Part shown: piece by piece, positions 48,414-59,100 of the stretch
Layout of the letters: each line of letters opens with the position of its first letter
Position numbering within the stretch: position 1 is the stretch's first letter
From: Candidatus Poseidoniaceae archaeon
GTDB lineage: Archaea > Thermoplasmatota > Poseidoniia > Poseidoniales > Poseidoniaceae
Direction of reading: 5' to 3'
Assembly (NCBI GenBank): GCA_028353405.1
Contig: JAOMOG010000004.1
Coordinates: 8,722 to 72,721 of the forward strand
Length of the DNA: 64,000 nt
Notes under the pieces: model-generated
What the model was told of the DNA's origin: nothing
The model's database searches: none
The model's input: only the letters and a program-made list of their open reading frames with translations
Translations under genes and position numbers: made by a program

Positions 48414-49130
48414 ATGATGGAAGATTTGGTAAGAACACTTCTTACCGGACTAATCGTTTCCATCGTTTTTATTGCAATCTCATATTTCTTTTGGAAAAGA
48501 TTTGACAAGCCAACAGAGAAGATGATCGAAAATCAACAGTCTAAGGCAAAGTTGAGACATGAGCGTAAGATGTGGCGCGCTGTAGAAGATCAAATGATAC
48601 GTGAACAGGCAACTGCTGAAGAAGAAGCAATCTATCAAAGGCGCAAAGCGGATGAAAGAGAAAGGGCAAAGCCTCCAGAGCAAGGAGTCGTGAGCAATGC
48701 ATGGGCTTCATTGGGCATGGAGAATATTGAAACTACAGAATCTAACACTACTTCATTCGATGAGAAAAAAACCCTTGAAGATATAGAGGAGGAAGATGAT
48801 TCCGATGTGTTACTAATACAGGATCCAGTAGAGGTTCGCCAAGATGGTGAGACTGTCGAAGAAGAAGTTGTAGAGGCACCAAACGCCCCTCCTGATTGGC
48901 AATTAGTTGAGAAACTAAGTCAATTATCACAATCTGAAATATTGGAAGTAACACCGCACCCAGAAATACCACAAGCACCAGAATTATCGCCAATTTCCTT
49001 AGAAGTTGAAGAAGAACTTCCAACAATCGACATTCCACCTGAACATCAACAAATGTCTGAAGAACCGGAGATTTGGAATCCTAAAAAAGAACTAGTTGCA
49101 GACAGCCAATGGGCTGTATATTGGCAATAG
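48414..49130 (+). CDS. Hypothetical single-TM protein with acidic tail
   Basis: N-terminal TM, coiled coil, E/P-rich region. Confidence 0.7.
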   Translation: MMEDLVRTLLTGLIVSIVFIAISYFFWKRFDKPTEKMIENQQSKAKLRHERKMWRAVEDQMIREQATAEEEAIYQRRKADERERAKPPEQGVVSNAWASLGMENIETTESNTTSFDEKKTLEDIEEEDDSDVLLIQDPVEVRQDGETVEEEVVEAPNAPPDWQLVEKLSQLSQSEILEVTPHPEIPQAPELSPISLEVEEELPTIDIPPEHQQMSEEPEIWNPKKELVADSQWAVYWQ

Positions 49131-49275
49131 AATCGTTTTCAGTACACTGCCTAGCGTCCCTACAGACTCACTGAATCTCCTTTGTATCGGAAAATAAAAT
49201 GCAAAGGGTATTCAGATAACCCTTGCAACTTATTCGAATCGGTTTGTTGATACATCGTCTTCATCTCGGTCAATC

Positions 49276-49497
49276 ATGGAGAACAGGAAATTAGTGATTA
49301 TCATTATTTCAGCAATCACAGTGATTGTTGGACTGATATCCATGTTCTATTTTTCGAACGAACTCGATAAAATAGGAACTTACGAATCGATAAATCTACT
49401 CTATATGTTGGCATCTCAAGCAGTATGTGGAATTGGATTGATCGGATTGATAGTAGGTTTGGGATTGAAAAATTCAAGTCCAGAGGGATCATTTTGA
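49276..49497 (+). CDS. Small two-TM hypothetical protein
   Basis: 73-aa hydrophobic ORF. Confidence 0.55.
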   Translation: MENRKLVIIIISAITVIVGLISMFYFSNELDKIGTYESINLLYMLASQAVCGIGLIGLIVGLGLKNSSPEGSF

Positions 49498-49712
49498 GGA
49501 GCAGATACTTCATCCCGCTTGTGTTGATTTTGCTTCCACCGATGGGCCTGATTATAGGGGCGATCCTTGCCCAGCCATTATCAGAATGGTTTCCGCAAAG
49601 TGGGATTACTGATAATTATGAAATCGCAGGGGTATTTGGTGGCCAAATCGGTATTCTTTGTGCAATTCTAATTGTGGCGATACGGCTTGGTTATGATCTG
49701 AAGAAAGAGTGA
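49494..49712 (+). CDS. Small two-TM hypothetical protein
   Basis: Likely TTG start overlapping the upstream TGA. Confidence 0.5.
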   Translation: MRSRYFIPLVLILLPPMGLIIGAILAQPLSEWFPQSGITDNYEIAGVFGGQIGILCAILIVAIRLGYDLKKE

Positions 49713-49836
49713 CTTTCAAGCAATCCATTCGTACACAAGGGTAGGCAGTGTACTAGGGGGCTGAACACCCATTGTAATCTTCCATAATGTCTTGAGGGGT
49801 TTGTAAGAACCCTTGCGACTTCATGGAAATGATATG

Positions 49837-50148
49837 TCAGTTATCTGAATCTGCCTCTGTTTGTTTCTCTTTGTTTCTCTCTTCTTCAACAGCATCAGCA
49901 ACCTTGCCAGCCGTACTAAGTGCCTTCTTTTTCAAACGCTCGAAGTTAAGATATATCATTCCACCAACTGTCAAGAAAACGCCTCCAATTATTGTAAAAA
50001 TACCTCCAATGTAGAGCCAAACTCTAGGTTCGTCGTCATCAAAGGTTGCGAATCCAGTTTGAATCATCATAATCCCTGTAATGAGTACAAGTATTCCAAA
50101 TATTATCAATGAGAATGAGATGATTTTCTTCTTCGTTGTCTTTGTCAT
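49837..50148 (-). CDS. Small two-TM hypothetical protein
   Basis: 103-aa ORF with two TMs and a charged tail. Confidence 0.6.
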   Translation of the reverse strand: MTKTTKKKIISFSLIIFGILVLITGIMMIQTGFATFDDDEPRVWLYIGGIFTIIGGVFLTVGGMIYLNFERLKKKALSTAGKVADAVEEERNKEKQTEADSDN

Positions 50149-50238
50149 AATACGTCTCTCTCTATTCTTCCCAATAGTGCTTACATCAAATACTAATGCC
50201 TAAAATCACCCCACGCGATACCCTTTGTACCGACATTA

Positions 50239-50260
50239 CACGCGTCGGTACCGACGCGTG
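50239..50260. repeat. Perfect 22-bp palindrome within a longer imperfect inverted repeat (50210-50289)
   Basis: CACGCGTCGGTACCGACGCGTG equals its own reverse complement. Confidence 0.9.
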
Positions 50261-50400
50261 AAGCGTATGTCACAAGGATATACAGTGGGCCGATACAGAC
50301 GCTTTCCAATTGTGACGTGTTGTAAGTGGTTATCAAAACCCCCTCTTTAGCGCTATTTGAAAGCGAAGAGGTGATGAACGGTTAGTGGCTGGATTGCAAT

Positions 50401-51738
50401 ATGGTGCAAAAGCCTCGAGGTACCCGCGACTTCACTCCCGCAGTGATGAAGAGTCGTATGGCTTTGGAGCAATTACTAGAGGAAAGAGCAAGACGCCATG
50501 GATTCAATAGAGTTCAAACACCTATTTTTGAATCACTTGAATTGTTTACTGCAAAGTCTGGTGAGGGAGTTATTTCACAACTTTATGCCTTTGAGGATAA
50601 AGGCGGACGTCCATTGACGCTTAGACCAGAATTAACCGCACCAGTGATGAGAATGGTCGCGGAAGAAATGCGAATGGATACCAAACCACTTCGTTTGTCA
50701 TATTTCGGACAATGCTATCGCTATGAAGAATTCAAAAAAGGTCGCTACCGAGAATTCTTCCAATATGGAGTCGAATTAGTGGGGGCTTCAGGCCCACTTG
50801 CAGAAGCAGAAGTGATCGCTTTAGCAATCGACATGTTAGATTCTTGCGGATTGAAGAATTGGCAAATACGAATAGGTCATGTTGGGATTTTGAAGGATGC
50901 ACTAACCGGTTTAGGTTTGTCAGACCAAATTGAACAAGGAGCTAACGAGGCAGCGGTTGCAAGCGCTATGAGATTCCTTGACAAAGGTGATGACGACGGA
51001 CTTGCTAAATTGTTTTCAAGCAATGGGATAGACCCATCATTTAGCGAACCACTGCGCCAATTATCACAATTACAAGGTGGTGCTGAAACACTTGAACCTG
51101 CAAGAGAAATATTATCTGCACTAGATGGAGTCTCTTTGGAATCTCTTGATGAATTGAAAATTACCTTAGATGCAGTTTCTTCTTTAGCAGCAACTCCTCC
51201 AAGTTTAGCTGTTGATTTGACAGTTGCCCGCGGATTGGATTATTACACCGGAATGGTCTTTGAAGTTCAGGTTGAAGAGTTAGGTGGTGAAGGTCAAGTC
51301 TTGGGTGGTGGCAGTTACAATCTAATGCATCTCTTTGGATTAGCAGATCTAGACCCATGTTGTGGCTTCGGACTTGGATTTGATAGAGTAATGCTGGCAC
51401 TTGAAGCACAAGCCGAAGCAGAAGGCAGAGAAGAGGTTGTTCCAGGCCAACAAGATGGTAGAGGATTAATTGCAGTCATTCCATTCAATATCGATACACA
51501 AGCAGTTCTTCAAGTGGTTAGACAACTTCGTGATGCTGGGCAACTGGTAGAGTTAGAATTACGTGGAAGGAAAATCGGTAAAGCATTTACTTGGGCTGAT
51601 AAAATCGGAGCAACATATACATTGATAGTTGGTCCAAGAGATCTAGAATCTGGAACTGGTATGCTAAAGAATCTAAAAACTGGAATTGAACAAGCAGTTG
51701 AATTAGATGCTTCTTCGATTTTGAACATTCTTAATTGA
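50401..51738 (+). CDS. hisS: Histidine--tRNA ligase
   Basis: PRGTRDF, LRPELTAP, GRYREFFQ, RGLDYYTG, GGGSY, GFGLGFDR. Confidence 0.97.
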   Translation: MVQKPRGTRDFTPAVMKSRMALEQLLEERARRHGFNRVQTPIFESLELFTAKSGEGVISQLYAFEDKGGRPLTLRPELTAPVMRMVAEEMRMDTKPLRLSYFGQCYRYEEFKKGRYREFFQYGVELVGASGPLAEAEVIALAIDMLDSCGLKNWQIRIGHVGILKDALTGLGLSDQIEQGANEAAVASAMRFLDKGDDDGLAKLFSSNGIDPSFSEPLRQLSQLQGGAETLEPAREILSALDGVSLESLDELKITLDAVSSLAATPPSLAVDLTVARGLDYYTGMVFEVQVEELGGEGQVLGGGSYNLMHLFGLADLDPCCGFGLGFDRVMLALEAQAEAEGREEVVPGQQDGRGLIAVIPFNIDTQAVLQVVRQLRDAGQLVELELRGRKIGKAFTWADKIGATYTLIVGPRDLESGTGMLKNLKTGIEQAVELDASSILNILN

Positions 51739-51752
51739 AACTTAATCAGTGT

Positions 51753-52502
51753 TTAAATTTCCATTTGTTCTTTACATTTTGGACAAGTTGCTATACCAGA
51801 ATATGTAGAAGGGATTCTCAAAGATTGGCTGCATGAAGGGCACTCATAGGTGGTTTTTGGCACACTTTGGGTTGAATTATTTGTTGAACGTTGAGGAGAA
51901 AAGATGTCTTCAAGACCTTCAGGGAATCCAGGTTTCATCGAATTCATATTTACTAAAAGTGGTATTCCAACTATTATCAAACATGTGGCTGAACACATGA
52001 GTGAGAACACTTTTGAAATTTCCTCATCGAAAAAGTCAACGCTTAGAGGATTGCCAATACCGAAAATTGAGGTGGCAACTAAACTTAGAAAACCAGAAAC
52101 TAACAAGACGGCCAAAGTAATCACTAAGCCATTTCTGTAATTCATAGCCGTCAATATTCCTCCGGCCATAAATGCCAAACCAATTGCGATTGCTATCAAT
52201 GAGGCAATCACATGAACCCCTAGCATAATCTCCATTACACCTATTCCGATTCTAAAAACTGAATATATCAGAATACCGATGCCTAAAAACATCATACTGC
52301 TATCGCTCTCTTTGACACCTGAAAGAGGAATTGTATGAGTATTCTGAGTACTGATATTGCCTATCATTTGGGTATGAAGTGTTTTTGCTTCATCATTTTC
52401 CATCAACCTAATGATCACATCATCCTTTTTTCCTGAAACCATCAAGCCTCTTTCTTTACAAAGAACCTTTAATTCCAAAAGGGTCATACCAGTATATTCC
52501 AT
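51753..52502 (-). CDS. SAP domain, 4 TMs and C-terminal zinc ribbon protein
   Basis: MTLLELKVLCKERGLMVSGKKDDVIIRL; CPSC...CPKC. Confidence 0.75.
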   Translation of the reverse strand: MEYTGMTLLELKVLCKERGLMVSGKKDDVIIRLMENDEAKTLHTQMIGNISTQNTHTIPLSGVKESDSSMMFLGIGILIYSVFRIGIGVMEIMLGVHVIASLIAIAIGLAFMAGGILTAMNYRNGLVITLAVLLVSGFLSLVATSIFGIGNPLSVDFFDEEISKVFSLMCSATCLIIVGIPLLVNMNSMKPGFPEGLEDIFSPQRSTNNSTQSVPKTTYECPSCSQSLRIPSTYSGIATCPKCKEQMEI

Positions 52503-52561
52503 ATATTTGCCTAACATTGTTAGGTAATAAAGTTCTATCCGGCAGAGAATCGTAATGAAGA

Positions 52562-53371
52562 TTATTCATCATCTTCAGGCTTCTTGGTATTGATGAATAC
52601 AGCCATTGCAATAGCCGCTGAAGCAATTACTAAGGTAAATCCAGGAGTATCTTCAGGCGGTGCTTCTTCAATACCCGCTTGGAAATCCTCGCTCCAAGTA
52701 GAATCGTCTATTGGGAACTCTACCTGTCCATTAGCACCTAATTGCATACCGAATGCTGCAGGTTCTCCAGTGACAGTTCCAGGAAGGAACCCATTTTGTC
52801 GATTGCCTTTAACCTTCATAGTAACTTCAACTATCGGATTGTCACTGGTCGAATCCCAAACTGCCTCTTCTTCAGTAACTGTATATGAGAACACAATATT
52901 CTTCCAATTTCCAGCAATCCAAGGTTGTTCAGTGTGTTGATGAATCGCTGCTGCGCCTTTGAAAACAGTAATATTCAACCAATCACAGTCACTATTACAA
53001 GCCCCGTCGCCACCATTTTCGTTATCTCCTTCATAATATATATTGAAATTACCACGGATTTCTCCACCGATAGTCATATTCAATCGCTTCTCAAGAGTAG
53101 GCTTCATCATGAATCTATATTTGATATCAATAACTCCGTTATCCTTATCTTCCCTAGTTTCATTTTCTTCGGCAGAACCTTCATCACTTGAATTAAAATG
53201 GCTCCATTCATTATTTAATCCATCATGGAATACGAATAGGGATGCATTTCCTTTACTCGGTTGTCGAGTATCTTCTTCAGGTTCACTTTGTGATGCAGAA
53301 ACATCACCTGCTTGAACGGGAGTTAGTAGCATGGCTACTAGTACAATCGCTACGATGGTCTTACCTCGCAT
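52562..53371 (-). CDS. Secreted PGF-CTERM-anchored surface protein
   Basis: Signal peptide; DTPGF plus TM. Confidence 0.8.
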   Translation of the reverse strand: MRGKTIVAIVLVAMLLTPVQAGDVSASQSEPEEDTRQPSKGNASLFVFHDGLNNEWSHFNSSDEGSAEENETREDKDNGVIDIKYRFMMKPTLEKRLNMTIGGEIRGNFNIYYEGDNENGGDGACNSDCDWLNITVFKGAAAIHQHTEQPWIAGNWKNIVFSYTVTEEEAVWDSTSDNPIVEVTMKVKGNRQNGFLPGTVTGEPAAFGMQLGANGQVEFPIDDSTWSEDFQAGIEEAPPEDTPGFTLVIASAAIAMAVFINTKKPEDDE

Positions 53372-53451
53372 GTGTTAAGGGTGTATGCCGTCTCATTTTA
53401 CGCTTACTAATGATAGCAGCATTAAACAGCCAACTAGGCAATTTAATAATT

Positions 53452-54621
53452 TCAGTCAAATCGTTGGAAACCGGTGTCTCCTCGAGTTGCATCATTTAGA
53501 TTGCGGGTTAAACGAAGAGCATCACCAAGAGCATCCGGTTGCATTCTTGCAGTTTTCAAATCAGTACCGCCAACACCAGTGATTATTGCCATCACTTTGA
53601 TGGTATCACCAAAGCCAGCATCTTGACGTGCGCCCCAAATTACATTGGCATCTTCACTGACCTTTGCAGTTAACAGATCAACAACTCTACTAGCAGATTC
53701 AAGAGTCATATATTGACCACCTGTGACATGTATCAATACACCGGTTGCACCGGAAATATCAACATCTAATAATGGATGATTTAGGGCTTCATGAACAACT
53801 TCTTCAGGGCCTCTATCCGATTCACCATATAGCATCATGGTGACACCACCATTTGCCATAATAGCTCTTACATCAGCGAAATCCAAATTGATTAGTGAAG
53901 GCATGGTAATTGTCTCAACAATTCCCTTTACGATTTCAGCGACCAATTGGTCCATAATAGAAAATGCTTCATCCAAAGGCAAGTTAGGAACATAGTGTAA
54001 TAATCGGTTATTATCCAACACCAATACAGCATCAGCAATTCTTCGTAGTGATTCTAATCCTTCGAGAGCACGAGCCATTCTTTGTCGGCGCTCAACATGG
54101 AATGGAGTCGTAACAAGTCCAACAACCAAAGCACCAGCAGCCTTTGCTTCTTCAGCAACGATAGGACAAATTCCGGTACCAGAACCTCCACCCAATCCGC
54201 TTGCGATGAAAACTAAATCAGCACCGGTTACGATTCTCTTGATCATCTCTCTTCCTGCTTCGGCACAACGTCGACCGGTCGCAGGGTCACCGCCAGCACC
54301 TAATCCGCGAGTGATATGACGGCCAACAAGCAACTTTTGTAATGCTCTTGTATGGTCTAAATGTTGTTTATCGGTATTGATTGCAACTGTTACAGCGCCT
54401 TCAACACCTAAGTGAGTAATTCGGTTTAGAGTGTTATTACCAGACCCTCCGCAACCGACTATCAATATTCGTGGATTTGGAACACCATATGAGCCCAAGT
54501 CTTCATCCATAATCGCAGTTGCACCACCGGTAATCGTTTCTTCACGAAGACCTTCAATCATATCTGCTAATGCTTTATCTTGTCCAGTTTCACCAGACTT
54601 GGAAGATGCGTTCGTTCCCAT
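53452..54621 (-). CDS. ftsZ: Cell division protein FtsZ (FtsZ2-like)
   Basis: GCGGSGNN, NTDKQHL, GLGAGGDP, GGGSGTG, DNNRLL, INLDFAD. Confidence 0.96.
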   Translation of the reverse strand: MGTNASSKSGETGQDKALADMIEGLREETITGGATAIMDEDLGSYGVPNPRILIVGCGGSGNNTLNRITHLGVEGAVTVAINTDKQHLDHTRALQKLLVGRHITRGLGAGGDPATGRRCAEAGREMIKRIVTGADLVFIASGLGGGSGTGICPIVAEEAKAAGALVVGLVTTPFHVERRQRMARALEGLESLRRIADAVLVLDNNRLLHYVPNLPLDEAFSIMDQLVAEIVKGIVETITMPSLINLDFADVRAIMANGGVTMMLYGESDRGPEEVVHEALNHPLLDVDISGATGVLIHVTGGQYMTLESASRVVDLLTAKVSEDANVIWGARQDAGFGDTIKVMAIITGVGGTDLKTARMQPDALGDALRLTRNLNDATRGDTGFQRFD

Positions 54622-54843
54622 CCATTCACTTCCTATATCTCAAGGCTTCACTAACCATACTTAACCGCGTGGTATAACTACATCTCAAAGAGAGCGATTT
54701 TAACAGTAAATTTCCCCCTTCACAGAGGGTGAAATCATCTAATAATGCCGGCATCGGTTTAGACAAATACTTCTTCCTTTGTCAATCCTTGTATGTTCCT
54801 AGGTCAGGGTCAACTAAATCATGTATTGAGTATAGCCGATACT

Positions 54844-56109
54844 ATGCGAAACAGGATGGCTATGTTCATTTTGTTGACTCTTATGTTTTCTTTCCTACAA
54901 GGAAGCATCATTAATGTGTCCAATTTTGAGGCTGAAGCTCCTGAAGTAACCGATTGGCCTGAAGGTAGTAGTGCATATGATAACCTGGTGACAATGACAC
55001 AGTTTGGCTACCGTAAAATAGACACAACTGCAAATGAAAACTCTCGTAATTGGATTGCCGCTCAGTTGGAATCTTATGGCTATCAAGTTGAACGTCAATC
55101 ATTTACTACCGACGAGTGTGCAAACTGTCAAAATATCGTCGTAACAATCAATGGAACATTAGACGATGAGTGGATTGTAGTCGGGGCTCATCACGATGCG
55201 ATTTGTTATTCCCCGCCTCCACTAATCGGATTTACTTATCCAACTTGTACTTCATCAGGAGCTTATGATGACGCGACTGGTTCTGGAGCATTATTGGAAT
55301 TAGCCCGCACCTTTTCCCAATGGGATATTACTCCTCAACACACTTGGAAATTAGCGTGGTGGGATTATGAAGAGTGGCAAGGCAGTGCCTCGTCTGAAGG
55401 GGGCGGAAAGGGCAGTTTACATTTCGTTGAGGAACAAATTCCTGAAAATATAACTGTCACTTATCTTAACTTAGACATGTTTGCATTAAATTGGCCGGTT
55501 GAAATGCCAACAGCGCTGCAACTGACTGGATGTGATGAGGATTATTGGACACTATACATGTTCACTTCACCGGTTGATGATTGGTCTTATTATGAGGAAC
55601 GTGGCTTAGAGGTAACTGAACAAATGGAGGCCAATGCTGTTGTTTTACAAAGTCAATTAAAAGAAATAAATCACAATCTAAGTCATCCGACCGAATGGGT
55701 TAGCGTAGTCGATGATACCAAAGGTAATTCGGATCATTATAACTTCATCATGAACGGTTATGCTGCTACTTGGTTGAGAGGACAGCATCAATATATTATT
55801 GAGGAAGGAGATAGTTGTGAACAAACTCCTAAACATGCACAAACTGATTCGGTTACCACCCTCAATACAATGGCAGGAGGGCGGACTAATGTTGAATCAG
55901 GATTACAAACAGGAATGGATGTCATCGCAACGATGGCTTTGTGGGATCGTAATAGTACAGCAGATAGTTCAGATGAAGTTGTAGTTACTCAAGGCCAACA
56001 AGGAGTTAATTCAGCAATTGCAATTATTGCAATGCTGATAGCAACCACCATTTTTTGTATGGTAATCTACCGTCGAGAAAAAGATACTTTCTCCGAAAAC
56101 GAAACTTGA
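54844..56109 (+). CDS. Secreted, membrane-anchored M28 metallopeptidase
   Basis: GAHHD, GAYDDATG, EE, NLDM, SDH; signal peptide and C-terminal TM. Confidence 0.9.
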   Translation: MRNRMAMFILLTLMFSFLQGSIINVSNFEAEAPEVTDWPEGSSAYDNLVTMTQFGYRKIDTTANENSRNWIAAQLESYGYQVERQSFTTDECANCQNIVVTINGTLDDEWIVVGAHHDAICYSPPPLIGFTYPTCTSSGAYDDATGSGALLELARTFSQWDITPQHTWKLAWWDYEEWQGSASSEGGGKGSLHFVEEQIPENITVTYLNLDMFALNWPVEMPTALQLTGCDEDYWTLYMFTSPVDDWSYYEERGLEVTEQMEANAVVLQSQLKEINHNLSHPTEWVSVVDDTKGNSDHYNFIMNGYAATWLRGQHQYIIEEGDSCEQTPKHAQTDSVTTLNTMAGGRTNVESGLQTGMDVIATMALWDRNSTADSSDEVVVTQGQQGVNSAIAIIAMLIATTIFCMVIYRREKDTFSENET

Positions 56110-56152
56110 CTCCATGCCTAATGCTCATTAACAAGCCTCTCTTAGAAGAGAT

Positions 56153-59100
56153 ATGAGTGAGTCAGCAACTGTTAGGAAAATTATTTTCCTTAGTATTATT
56201 TTACTTATTTCATCACTCTCTCCGATGTTTATTGATTCATCAACTTTAGAATCAGAAAAGACTTCACAAGTCAGTCAGATTGTTGATGTTAGCACTTTCT
56301 CCAGCGGCTCATCGACTGAAACAATAATGGCCGATATGGGTGGTTCTGCTGCTTTTCTTCATCAGGGAGGACATCGTTTGCTCAATGCAAGCGTTGGAGT
56401 AGAAGTGTTACCATATTCTTCAACTCAAACGATGTATCACAATATGGTAAACGCTCAAACGCTTGGAACGCTAAACAACACTTCCGTAACTCCAGTAGGG
56501 GTTGAACTAACAAATGCAAATACTGGGCCGCCAGGCTCTGGAAATAATTCAACGACTATCCTAACCGCAGTGCAATGGTCAGGTACTCATAGTTATGACA
56601 CTCTGGATATACGTTGCGGAATTCAAGCTTGTGGCTCAATAACTGCTACTGGAAGTTTGACTATTATCGTTAAAACCTTGGTTGTTGCGGCGGGAACTAC
56701 AATTTCAGCAAATGCACTCAGTTCTGGGGGCATTGGTGTAGGAGGCTCAGTATCTGCAACATCTAGTGGATACAGCGATGGCGGCGGCGGTGCTGGCCAT
56801 GGCGGTAGTGGAGGTAGTGGCGGTGGAGGCACTGGAACAGGAGGGTCCACATATGGCAATGCTACCGAAGCAGGTTCTCAAGGTGGCTCAGTAACAAGTT
56901 CAAACCACGCTACTGCAATCGGAGGAAGTGGCGGTGGATATATCACAATAATTGCCAGCCAAATTGATGTCAACGGTACTATTCAATCCAATGGAGGAAA
57001 TGGTGCTGCTGGACAAGCGATTACGGGTGGTTCTGGACCGGGTGGCTCAGGTGCTGGAGGTGGAAGTGGTGGTTCAATTTTCATTAAAGCAAATACAGTA
57101 AATATCGGTCAAAATGGTATTATTGAAGCACTTGGCGGAGATGGCGGAGATGGTGCCAGTAGTTTCTGTACAGGGGCCTGTATCGGCTTTTTCCATGGCG
57201 GAGATGGCGGTGGCGGCGGCGGTGGCGGCCGTATTAGCATCATGACTCAAATTTCAAATTTGAATAATCAAGGAACTATTTCTGTTTCCGCTGGTAGCGG
57301 TGGTAGTGGAGGCCAACCATATGGAAGCGGTTCAACTGGGGCGTCAGGTTCTTCAGGGTCAACTGGAGTCAGCAGTTCCTCAACTTGGGCTGGTTACATA
57401 ATTACAAGTGGAGTGAATATTGATGATGGAACTTTCATTACTGATCCATGGTCACCAAATGGTGGACAGATTATTGATGGATGGGTAAATCATACTTCAA
57501 CAATTCCAGTAAATTCAAGTCTAATATTCACCTATAGATATACAATTTCGGGCTTAGCAAATAATACCTCTACTGGTTGGAGTGATTGGAATATAGGAAA
57601 TATATCTTCTCAAATATTACCGCGATTAACCGCCTTACAATTTTCTTATCAATTCAATCGTACTGATACTCTCTCACCTGCATTGAGTGACTATTCATTA
57701 TACTGGGATGACGCACATGTTCTCAATAATCTAGAGATGACGATGCCAGGTGGAAGCACGCTTTTGGGGCCTATTTCACAATCGATAGGTTACTCTGATT
57801 ATGCTACCACAGTAAGCAATTTTAATTCACATACAGTTAATATTTCAGTTCCAACATCTTCAATTCCAACATCATCCCTCAATTTATGGATAGATTGGCC
57901 AATTAATTCTGCCACAGATACAATTGATGTGATGTTGGGTAGTTCAACAATTTATTCCGGGGCTATGGATTCACAATTAGGAGGAGTTGATGTAGAATTT
58001 ACAACTCAACAATTAATCAATGCATGGCCGAGCAGTGGGACGATTGGAACAGATGGAATTGAAATGAGTCAACTCGTATTCAACATTTCAACAACGATGG
58101 TAGTACAATTGGATGCTAAACATCCGCAAATGTCTTGGTCTTGGACGCATAATTTAGATTTGAAATCAAGCCTAACACAGTATGCATTTACTTCTTGTAA
58201 TGATTGGTACAGTGCAACATCATCATGTTTACCGTATTACCTCTTACAAGTTTCAGGAGATACAGTTCCATTTAACTTCCAAAACTATGAGGTGACACTC
58301 AGCAACTTATCCGTTCAATGGATCGACGATATTGCCCCTCAACTATCTTCAGTAGACCATAGAATCTCAGGAAATATCGGACAATTTATTCGCACTGGAG
58401 ATACATTTGCAGTTACTCTTGGCGATGTAATCGGAGAGACAACTCTCTCAGGTTCAGCGTGGATACACCAAGGTGATAGTACCAAACCTGCAACAACTAA
58501 TTCGATAACCTATTTTTCTAGTCTGGGAAGATATTACACTACTTTTGACTCCAGTCAATATGACCCCTTAATCACAACTCAACACTATATTGCACTAGAG
58601 TTAATCGATGAACACGACAATGTGCTATTCGTTGAGCAAGCCTATTCATTTGAAATCGGCCCGACCTTCCCATCTGTCACTTCAATAGCGATGACAGCAG
58701 CGAATAATAGCCATAGTGCAATATTAGAATCTGAAATTTCTAGTTCTTGGGAATTAGATGATGATGGATTCATTTTTTCAGTTACTTCTCTTCACAATAG
58801 AAGTGATTTATTAGCATCGGTTACCTTATCACCTTCACATGAAGACTCGCCAATAATACTTAATTGGGATCAAAACGAAAGCGCCTATACAGCACATTGG
58901 GCTCCAGACCATAATGATTTGAAGACATGGCAATTGGAGGTTGACCTCTCGGAGAAAGATGGACAGATGGCTGAAGATTTGGACGGTTATCAGAATGGTG
59001 TTGATTACTCTTTTAGCCTAGTAGATGTCACTGGACCAGTATTAACGGCAATCAATCACGATGAAATCATATCAATTGGTGATGAACTATTAGTGCAACT

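Noticed and set aside
49788..49803. GTCTTGAGGGGTTTT resembling the T7 terminator (vector contamination)
   Set aside because: Only the short 3' part matches; no other vector sequence
56770..57380. ggcggt/ggtggc runs as tandem repeat or contingency locus
   Set aside because: Explained by Gly codons with varied synonymous usage
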